Assembly (NCBI GenBank): GCA_934613415.1
Contig: CAKTSY010000003.1
Coordinates: forward strand, 210,001-242,000
Length of the DNA: 32,000 bases
DNA from: an uncultured Opitutales bacterium
GTDB lineage: Bacteria > Verrucomicrobiota > Verrucomicrobiia > Opitutales > Intestinicryptomonadaceae
Direction: 5' to 3'
The translations under genes and the position numbers were made by a program. How positions within the stretch are numbered: the first letter of the stretch is position 1; every line of letters begins with the position of its first letter. This document shows, in pieces, positions 25,146 through 32,000 of this stretch. Below the pieces are notes generated by a model. It had not been told where the DNA came from, made no database searches, and saw only the letters and a list, made by a program, of their open reading frames with translations.

Positions 25146-26498
25146 TTACTTAGAAACCGCCTGCAACGCGTTTTCGACGCACTTGCCTACCCCAACTCCG
25201 CCCATATAAGAGCCCACAAGCTTTATGTTCGGATACTGTTTTTCGAATTCGTCTTTTGCCTCTATAAACTTGCCGTAGCCTATATTGTATTGGGCAATGC
25301 CCTTTTTCCAAACGGTTAGCTTTGCAAATTTTGGAGCACCTTTTAAGCCCATAAGCTTTTGCAGATCTTTGCAGGCAAGTTCAACAAGTTCCTCTATTGG
25401 TTTTTCGACCATTTCGGGGTTTCTAAAGCCGCCAAAATAGTTTGTAAGCACGCAACAGTTTTCGGGGGCTCTGTCGGGAAATATGCTCGACAAAAACAGG
25501 CTGCCTAAAATAGACATATTTTCCTTCTGCGGAACAAGCACACCAAAACCTTGCGGCTTCTTTTTAAACTGCTTTAAGTCGAAGCCCAAAGTAAGCGTTG
25601 CAATTGGGGCATATTCTATTTCGTTTAAAGAGCCCAACGCAACCGACATATTGCCCGTGATTGGAACGTTCTTTATTTTGTGGGCGGGAACTGCCAAAAC
25701 AATTTCGTCGTAGCTGTCGCCGCCTTCTTCGGTAAGAATATCCCACTTGCCGTCGTTATAGTCTATGCTTAAAACCTTGCAGTTTACCGACAAGTCGCCG
25801 CCCAAATATGCAGTCATTGCGTCTATAAAGGTTTGCATGCCGCCCTTAAACGACGCCATTTTGCTTTTAAAGCGTTTTGTTTTGTTTTCGCGCAATTCCC
25901 TTAGCATACAAAACGCGCCCTTAATCAACGAGCCGTATTTTTGCTCTATTTGCCAAACTTTTGGCATTGCGTATTTTACAGAAAGCCTGTCGGGGCTGCT
26001 CGCGTATATGCCGCCCATAAAGGGGTTTATTATATAGTCGCAAAACTCCTGCCCGAACCTGTCGGTCATAAATTGCGAAACGCTTACTTCCGAATCGAAG
26101 TCGTGGGCCGGCACCGAAATTTCCCTAAAAATGCGAATTTTACCCGCAAAGCTAAGCAGCTTTGTAAATATCATCGAAAACGGATTTGTGGGAACTGCAA
26201 GCATTTTGCCCGAGCGCACAAAATATCTTTTCTTTGCCGCCTTTGACGAAAACTGCAGCTTGTCGGACAAACCCAATTCGTATATAAAATCGAGCACGGT
26301 GCTGCTTTGTATAAAGATTACATTCGAGCCGCTTTCGGCGTAAAAACCGTCTTGACTGAAGGTTGAAATTACGCCGCCCGCCCTTTGGGCCTTGTCTACA
26401 ACCTTTACCGAAAAGCCCTGTTTTTTTAACTGGCAGGCTGCGGCTAAACCGCTTACGCCCGCGCCTATAACCATAACTTTTTTCGACTGGCAATCCAT
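25146..26498 (-). CDS. hemY: HemY-type protoporphyrinogen/coproporphyrinogen III oxidase (FAD-dependent)
   Basis: The FAD fold is KVMVIGAGVSGLAAACQLKKQGFSVKVVDKAQRAGGVI. Length is 450 aa. A GGAG Shine-Dalgarno sequence lies about 8 nt upstream. Confidence 0.85.
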   Translation of the reverse strand: MDCQSKKVMVIGAGVSGLAAACQLKKQGFSVKVVDKAQRAGGVISTFSQDGFYAESGSNVIFIQSSTVLDFIYELGLSDKLQFSSKAAKKRYFVRSGKMLAVPTNPFSMIFTKLLSFAGKIRIFREISVPAHDFDSEVSVSQFMTDRFGQEFCDYIINPFMGGIYASSPDRLSVKYAMPKVWQIEQKYGSLIKGAFCMLRELRENKTKRFKSKMASFKGGMQTFIDAMTAYLGGDLSVNCKVLSIDYNDGKWDILTEEGGDSYDEIVLAVPAHKIKNVPITGNMSVALGSLNEIEYAPIATLTLGFDLKQFKKKPQGFGVLVPQKENMSILGSLFLSSIFPDRAPENCCVLTNYFGGFRNPEMVEKPIEELVELACKDLQKLMGLKGAPKFAKLTVWKKGIAQYNIGYGKFIEAKDEFEKQYPNIKLVGSYMGGVGVGKCVENALQAVSK

Positions 26499-26512
26499 AG
26501 CTATTTCTCCGT

Positions 26513-26998
26513 TTATTGTGCGTTGTTTTGCAAAAGCCTTTGCAGCATATACAAGGCCTTTCTGGTAGCGTCGGCTCTTATCTCGTTTCTGGAACCCTTA
26601 AAATTAAATTTTTCTACAACCGCGCTTGTGCGGTTTGCAACGCACAAGAACACGTCTTTGTCTTCCTCGGCAAACCCTGTAGACGAAATTGCGTAGTCGG
26701 CTCCGTATTTTGTCAAAGCCCCCTGCGCAAATTCGCGCGCGCAGCGTTCGTTTACGCTTTGGTTTTCTAAAGCCGCCTCTTTGGAAACGCCCGCCAAATT
26801 TATTTTTGCCGCGGCGCAATAGCAAACAAGCGAACCTAAAAAAACGTCGGAAGCCGAGTTTATCGAAACAAACGCGTTTGCAATAAGCCCGCCCGTGCAC
26901 GACTCGCCCGCGCACAGCTTAAGACCGCGCCGGCGCATTTCGTCTAAAATCTGTCTTGCCTGCGTGTTCAGCGAATAGTCTACCCAAAGCTTTTCCAC
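26513..26998 (-). CDS. pncC: CinA C-terminal domain protein / nicotinamide-nucleotide amidohydrolase PncC
   Basis: The hallmark motif CAGESCTGGLIA is present. Length is 161 aa, with a GTG start at 26998. Confidence 0.85.
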   Translation of the reverse strand: MEKLWVDYSLNTQARQILDEMRRRGLKLCAGESCTGGLIANAFVSINSASDVFLGSLVCYCAAAKINLAGVSKEAALENQSVNERCAREFAQGALTKYGADYAISSTGFAEEDKDVFLCVANRTSAVVEKFNFKGSRNEIRADATRKALYMLQRLLQNNAQ

Positions 26999-27001
26999 TT
27001 T

Positions 27002-28708
27002 TTAGTTTATCAAAATCGAGTCTTCTTCGCTATCGGACAAATCCGAAAATACTTTTGTTCCCGAATCGCTTTCCCTCTTAAGCAGCACGTCTATTTCGTT
27101 CATAACCTTTTCCCTGTCGGTTGTGAATATAAACAGGTCGCTTTCAAGGCTGCGCTTTGCCTCCATTATAAGGCGGCGCGGTGGCCTGCGCATTTGAATT
27201 AGTTTAAATATGTGCTTGTCGAGGTTTGTAGAATTGCCCATAGAAATCTCCATCTGCACAAGCCTCGTAAGAGCCAGCTGGTGCCTCGGGTTTCGCTCTA
27301 CGGCATCCACCAAAATCTTGTGGGCCAAAACCTTGCTTCCCATTTTATCGAACCTGCGCGCGGTTGCAATTAAAGTGCGGGGCGGAATATTGCCCTTTTT
27401 AAGCAGCTCGTCTACCAAAATCGTCGCCATTTCTGTATTGCCCGCGCCGTAATAGGCGGCAGCCCTCAGGCAGCCGAAAACTCCGCCGTATCTTCTTAGC
27501 CACGACGGCTTTTTCTTCATAATTTCGTCGAAAATTACAATGGCCTCCTCCGACTTGCCGCGCATAAGCAAAGTTTCTATCATAAGCATTGTAAAGGGAG
27601 CCTGCGAATAGTTGTTTTCTATCGAAGTATTGTAGATTTTGTTCATCAGCTCCATATCGCCGTTGTCGGCGGCGTAGTTTGCCAAATAAAGCAATGCCGT
27701 TTCGTTGCTTTTGTTTTGCTCGTACAGCTCCCGCAATTCTTTGTTTACGCGGGCATCTTCGCCGGTCTTTTTAAGAATTTTCAAATAGTCTATGCGCTGC
27801 GAAACCGAAAAGGGTTTTTCTACCGAGCGCATTACCGCATATTGGCGCGCCGTGTCGTATTGCCCCATGTCGGCATAATAGCTCATAAGCATGGCATATA
27901 TGGGTTCAACATCGTTTACCTTGCCTACCGCCGCTTTTAAAATGGCAATGGCTTCGTCTCTTCTGCCCTGCTCCCACTTGTTTTTTGAAAGACGCATTAC
28001 CCCCGGCAACGAATTTTGGAGACCGTTTTTTGTAAGGTATTCGTCGGACTTTTGATAGTCACCATGAAGCGCGTAAATTGTGCCGAGCGACATTGCAACA
28101 TAAAGCTTGACTTCGGTTGAAGCTTCGGGCGAAGACAATATCTTTTTGCCCACCGCCGCCAACTTAACGTCTTCAGATTCCTCCATTAAAATCGAGAAAT
28201 AGAACCTTACATACTGCAAATCTTTAAGGGCATACGGAATACCTATTTCAAGGGCTTGCAGCGCAAAGTCGGGACGCCCCATAAGCCTAAGATAAAATTC
28301 GGCAAGCATTTTGCGCCCCTTTAGATTTTTGGTTGAACGAGCCGTTCCCGAAATAAGGCAAATTCTTGCCGCGGTATAATCGCCCTCTTTTAGCAAAGCC
28401 TCCGCCTTTTCTATATCGAAATCGCCCTGTTTTTCGGCGATTCCCCTTCTGTCGAAAGGCATAACTGCGGCGTCCAAAAAGGTCATATTCGAGTACTTTT
28501 TATAGTGCTTCATAAACGAATACAAGAAAATTGAAATTGTGCCCCATGTTACAACAAGCATCAGCAGCATTACAACAACAAGCCTTATGTAGTTAATGCC
28601 AAAAGCCCAAGTGCCGTTGCTTTTCTTGTAGCGGTATGCCATTCCCAACAAAGTGGGGTATCTTACAACCGCCGTACTTTTTTTATTTTCGTTATTCTCA
28701 ACGTCCAT
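27002..28708 (-). CDS. Membrane-anchored TPR-repeat protein
   Basis: The N-terminal TM region is IRLVVVMLLMLVVTWGTISIFLY. It is followed by about 450 aa of repeated helical-hairpin, TPR-like sequence (for example GDYTAARICL, GDYQKSDEYL, GQYDTARQYA). The C-terminus is acidic. Confidence 0.75.
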   Translation of the reverse strand: MDVENNENKKSTAVVRYPTLLGMAYRYKKSNGTWAFGINYIRLVVVMLLMLVVTWGTISIFLYSFMKHYKKYSNMTFLDAAVMPFDRRGIAEKQGDFDIEKAEALLKEGDYTAARICLISGTARSTKNLKGRKMLAEFYLRLMGRPDFALQALEIGIPYALKDLQYVRFYFSILMEESEDVKLAAVGKKILSSPEASTEVKLYVAMSLGTIYALHGDYQKSDEYLTKNGLQNSLPGVMRLSKNKWEQGRRDEAIAILKAAVGKVNDVEPIYAMLMSYYADMGQYDTARQYAVMRSVEKPFSVSQRIDYLKILKKTGEDARVNKELRELYEQNKSNETALLYLANYAADNGDMELMNKIYNTSIENNYSQAPFTMLMIETLLMRGKSEEAIVIFDEIMKKKPSWLRRYGGVFGCLRAAAYYGAGNTEMATILVDELLKKGNIPPRTLIATARRFDKMGSKVLAHKILVDAVERNPRHQLALTRLVQMEISMGNSTNLDKHIFKLIQMRRPPRRLIMEAKRSLESDLFIFTTDREKVMNEIDVLLKRESDSGTKVFSDLSDSEEDSILIN

Positions 28709-28740
28709 GTTCTGTCTATGAAAAAATGATGATATATTCC

Positions 28741-28766
28741 AGCTATCTTGCCCTGGAAAGATAGCT
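28741..28766. other. Perfect 9-bp inverted repeat (AGCTATCTT, 8-nt gap, AAGATAGCT)
   Basis: It lies in the 100-bp gap between the prmA stop (28809) and the TPR gene start (28708). TTTT follows on the plus strand only. Confidence 0.3.
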
Positions 28767-28808
28767 TTTAGACCCGTTTATGCAAGCCTTTTATTGGCGT
28801 AAAAGACT

Positions 28809-29690
28809 TTAAAATTGCAATAAAACATCGCTCCAGTCACCCATTTGGCGAAAGTCTATTTTCTTTGCGCGGCCATTCGATGCTTCCCAAAAAACCTTGC
28901 GCACATGCTCGTTTTCGGCAGCCAAAATTCCGCTTAAAATAAGCGAGCCTTTGTCTTTTACGGCGTCCACCAAATATTGCGCGTTCATTTCAAGAATGTT
29001 CGCCAAAATATTCGCCACAACAATGTCGAATTTGCGCGAGTTTATACCCTCTTTTATGCCGCAAACCTTGAACATATTTTTGCAGTCTATGCCGTTGCGC
29101 TGCGCGTTTTCGTTTGCCACTTGCACCGCCGAACTTTCTATGTCGAACCCTTCGGCGTTGTCGCAGCCGTAAAGCTTGCTGCTTAACGCCAAAATGCCCG
29201 AGCCGCAGCCTGCGTCTACAAGGCTTTTGCCTTTAAGCGTGCCTCCGTTTGCCTCGCAAATGTCCAGAATTCTTGCCATGCAAAGGCGCGTGGTGGCGTG
29301 GTCACCCGTACCGAACGCGCCCTCGGCATCGAAATAAAATACCTTGTCGCCCTCTTTTAGCCCGCTGTAGCTGTCTTTAAGCCAAATGGGCACCCAGTGC
29401 AAATTTTTGCATACATAGGGCGAAAGATACTTTTTATATTCGTTTTGAAAGTCTTTTTTAAAGATTTCGGTGCGAGTAAAATCGCCCTCTTTTAGCTCTG
29501 GGAAAGCCTCGCACAATTCCTTTAAAGACGAATTCGCCTCGCTTTCGCCGTCAAAATAGCCGCACAGTAGCATATCGTCGGGGAAATCGACAAGCTGCTC
29601 TATGCTCCAGTTTTGCGAACCTGTTTCGTAAAAATAGTCTTCGTAGATTTGCGAAAGGTTCGGGTCTATTTGGGCTGAAAGCTTAAGCAT
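28809..29690 (-). CDS. prmA: Ribosomal protein L11 methyltransferase
   Basis: The SAM motif is LVDAGCGSGILAL. The motif GDHATTRLC (the family's H-x-T-T) is present, and so is ANILANIL. Length is 293 aa. Confidence 0.9.
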   Translation of the reverse strand: MLKLSAQIDPNLSQIYEDYFYETGSQNWSIEQLVDFPDDMLLCGYFDGESEANSSLKELCEAFPELKEGDFTRTEIFKKDFQNEYKKYLSPYVCKNLHWVPIWLKDSYSGLKEGDKVFYFDAEGAFGTGDHATTRLCMARILDICEANGGTLKGKSLVDAGCGSGILALSSKLYGCDNAEGFDIESSAVQVANENAQRNGIDCKNMFKVCGIKEGINSRKFDIVVANILANILEMNAQYLVDAVKDKGSLILSGILAAENEHVRKVFWEASNGRAKKIDFRQMGDWSDVLLQF

Positions 29691-30639
29691 TTTCTACGGC
29701 GTCCCATACAAGGGCCGAAGCCCCCAATATTGCGGCGTATGCCGACGGCAGTTTGCTGGGCAAAAGCTTTACCTTGTTTTTAAACACTTCCAAAAGGTGC
29801 TCGTTCATAGACTTTTCGGCGGGTTTAAAGATAAGGTCGCCGGCTTTTACGGGGCCGCCGAAAAGGAATATCGCTTCGGGGCGCGAGAACATAACAAAGT
29901 CTGCCAAAGATTTGCCGAGCATATAGCCTGTATATTCGTAGGTTTCAATTGCGGCTTTGTCGCCCGCGCGGGCGGCGTCTTCTATGACCTTTGCGTCCAT
30001 ATCCGACCACTTTACATCGCTTATAGTGCTGCGACCGTTATATTCGCAAACCTTTTCAAAATAAGTTCTTTTAATGCCCGTTGCCGAAACGTAGGCCTCT
30101 AAACAGCCGCGTTTGCCGCAGTTGCACATTCTGCCCGAATCTACAACAGTTACATGGCCAAGCTCGCCGGCAAAACCGTCGGCACCATATACCATTTTAC
30201 CGTTTACAACTATGCCCGAGCCTAACCCCGTGCCCAGTGTAATCATAATAAAATCCTTCATATCCTTGGCGCCGCCGTAAATCTTTTCGCCCAAAGCCGC
30301 GGCGTTGGCGTCGTTTGTAAGATACATGTGCTCGAGGTTAAAATTCATTCTAAGCGTGTCTACAATAGGCCCGCTTGTAAAAGGCAGGTTCGGCGCCATT
30401 TCTATCGCGCCCGTATAGTAGTTCGCATTGGGAGCCCCCAAGCCTATACCCATGCACTTGCCTTCGCTAACCAGCTCCATAAGCGATTTTATAGCCTTAA
30501 CCAACAACGACATATACGAATTGTAGTCGCTTGCGTCGGTTGTCGAAAACCTGTTTTCGGCTACAACTTTGCCGTCTTTTAAAACTGCGCCTATTTTTGT
30601 GTTTGTGCCGCCTATGTCTATTCCGATTGCGTATTCCAT
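29683..30639 (-). CDS. ROK-family sugar kinase (glucokinase-like)
   Basis: The ATP-binding motif is IGIDIGGTNTKIG. The ROK zinc motif is CNCGKRGCLEAY, with GELGH upstream of it. The 3' end overlaps the prmA start by 8 nt. Confidence 0.85.
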   Translation of the reverse strand: MEYAIGIDIGGTNTKIGAVLKDGKVVAENRFSTTDASDYNSYMSLLVKAIKSLMELVSEGKCMGIGLGAPNANYYTGAIEMAPNLPFTSGPIVDTLRMNFNLEHMYLTNDANAAALGEKIYGGAKDMKDFIMITLGTGLGSGIVVNGKMVYGADGFAGELGHVTVVDSGRMCNCGKRGCLEAYVSATGIKRTYFEKVCEYNGRSTISDVKWSDMDAKVIEDAARAGDKAAIETYEYTGYMLGKSLADFVMFSRPEAIFLFGGPVKAGDLIFKPAEKSMNEHLLEVFKNKVKLLPSKLPSAYAAILGASALVWDAVENA

Positions 30640-30672
30640 ATTTGTAAAGATTTAATAGTTTTTAAAGTTTTA

Positions 30673-32000
30673 TTATTTCGATAGTTTTTCAAAAAGCAAT
30701 TCATAAAGTTTTGCGCCTTTTTCGAGCATTTCCAGATAGAACGACTCGTTGGGCGCGTGCAGATTGTCTTGCGGGGTAAATAGCCCGGTCATAACAAAGT
30801 CCAATTTGGCTACATCGTGCATATAGGCAACAAGCGAAATGCTGCCGCCGTCGCGCACAAAAAGCGGCGGCTTGCCGAACACTTCGCAAACCGATTCTTT
30901 TAAACTGCGCAAAACCGCGCCTTTTACGGAATCTTTTTCAGACTCGGTTTTGGCGTCTATATAATATGCCTTTGCTCCGCAGCCGTTGTGCGCTTTAAAC
31001 GAAACAGTTACGCCTTTTGGGCACCTTTGCAAAATGGCGTTTTGCACAAGTTTTAAGATTTTTGAAGGGTCTTGGTCGGGAACAAGCCTGCACGATATTT
31101 TGCAGAAACACTCGGCAGGGATTATGGTTTTAAGATCGTTGCCCTGCCAGCCGCCGCCAATGCCGTTTATTTCCAAAGTAGGCATTGCCCTTGTAGACGC
31201 CATAACGTCTACGCCCTTTTGCGAATACAAAGCCTCTACATTCAACTCTTTTTTTATGCCTTCGGGCGTAATGGGCAGCTTTTTTGTTTCGGCAACCTCC
31301 CAATCGCTAACGGGTTTTACATCGCTATAAAAGCCGTCTATTGCAACAAGGCCGTCGGCGCCGTGCAAAGAAGAAAGCACTTCGCACATAGCCTGAAGCG
31401 GGTTATATACCATACCGCCATACATGCCCGAATGAAGGTCGCATTTTGCGCCTTTAAACACCGCGTCGAACGACACCATTCCCCTTACGCCCGTAGTTAC
31501 CAAAATTTGCGATTTGTCTGGGCTCATTGTGTCGCTTAAAAGAACTATGTCGTACTTTGCCAATTCGTCTTTGTGCGAATCTATAAACTTTGCCATGCTG
31601 GGGCTCGAAACTTCCTCTTCGCCATCGAATATAAAGGCAATATCTATTGCGTTGTCGGGGTTTTTATCCAAAAAGTTAAGGTAGCCCGTAAGCAACGCGG
31701 TAAATGGGCCTTTGTTGTCGGCCGTGCCCCTGCCGCAAAGCTTGCCGTTTTTTTCCACCGCAACAAAGGGGTCGCTAACCCACTGGCTTAAAGGCTCTAC
31801 AGGTTGAACATCGTAGTGGCCGTAGCACAAAATTCTTGCCTTGGGTGCTGTTTTGCAGTTGCGCTTTGCCCAAACAATGGGGTGCAGCGGCGTTTCAACC
31901 AATTCGCTTTCAAAGCCGCGCTGCTGCATAAAATCGCGCAAGAACGCGCCGCACTCGCGCACGCTACCCGCCAGTTCGGGATTTGCCGAAACACTTTTAA
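30673..32000 (-). CDS. M20-family dipeptidase; 5' end lies beyond the window
   Basis: Motifs YGHYDVQPVEP...DPF and GRGTADNKGP are present. The track's start at 31962 is a GTG. The frame stays open to the window edge, and the upstream residues (KSVSANPELAGSV) match the conserved IPSVSA region. The true start is therefore to the right of 32000. Confidence 0.85.
   Translation of the reverse strand, partial: KSVSANPELAGSVRECGAFLRDFMQQRGFESELVETPLHPIVWAKRNCKTAPKARILCYGHYDVQPVEPLSQWVSDPFVAVEKNGKLCGRGTADNKGPFTALLTGYLNFLDKNPDNAIDIAFIFDGEEEVSSPSMAKFIDSHKDELAKYDIVLLSDTMSPDKSQILVTTGVRGMVSFDAVFKGAKCDLHSGMYGGMVYNPLQAMCEVLSSLHGADGLVAIDGFYSDVKPVSDWEVAETKKLPITPEGIKKELNVEALYSQKGVDVMASTRAMPTLEINGIGGGWQGNDLKTIIPAECFCKISCRLVPDQDPSKILKLVQNAILQRCPKGVTVSFKAHNGCGAKAYYIDAKTESEKDSVKGAVLRSLKESVCEVFGKPPLFVRDGGSISLVAYMHDVAKLDFVMTGLFTPQDNLHAPNESFYLEMLEKGAKLYELLFEKLSK

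Overview
The window reads as a chromosomal segment of a mid/low-GC diderm bacterium. A PEP-CTERM protein, a ThuA-like lipoprotein, an OprB-like porin and rubrerythrin suggest an anaerobe-leaning member of the PVC superphylum or similar; that placement is inference only. I can support 30 protein-coding genes, two of them truncated by the window edges, plus 2 tRNAs, several rho-independent terminators and a few weak promoter or operator candidates.

Gene order:
- Left block, minus strand: HAD hydrolase, recF, a MidA-like gene and a ThuA-like lipoprotein, tightly coupled.
- Plus strand: prfA-prmC.
- Minus strand: OprB-like porin, a low-complexity secreted protein, murA and a disordered basic protein.
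- 10.2-17.1 kb, a less conserved stretch:
  - tRNA-Gly, a PEP-CTERM protein, and a membrane protein with a degenerate archaemetzincin-like domain.
  - Rubrerythrin.
  - A terminator-bounded set of five exported or membrane proteins.
- 17.1-32 kb, uninterrupted minus-strand array:
  - M20 peptidase, ROK kinase, prmA, a TPR protein and pncC.
  - hemY, hemH, a HemX-like gene, rnr and an HI0933 flavoprotein.
  - tRNA(CAT), a GT4 glycosyltransferase and a GltD-like oxidoreductase.

I found no CRISPR array, transposase, integrase, reverse transcriptase or recognisable defence or toxin modules.

No unmistakable novel system is visible by eye. The best candidates are:
- the five-gene envelope module at 13.3-17.1 kb, which includes a tandem pair of paralogous lipoproteins;
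- the membrane-anchored archaemetzincin-like protein that has lost its HExxH motif;
- the disordered protein directly upstream of murA;
- the translational coupling of late heme-synthesis genes to RNase R.

All family assignments come from motif recognition by eye. No searches were run.
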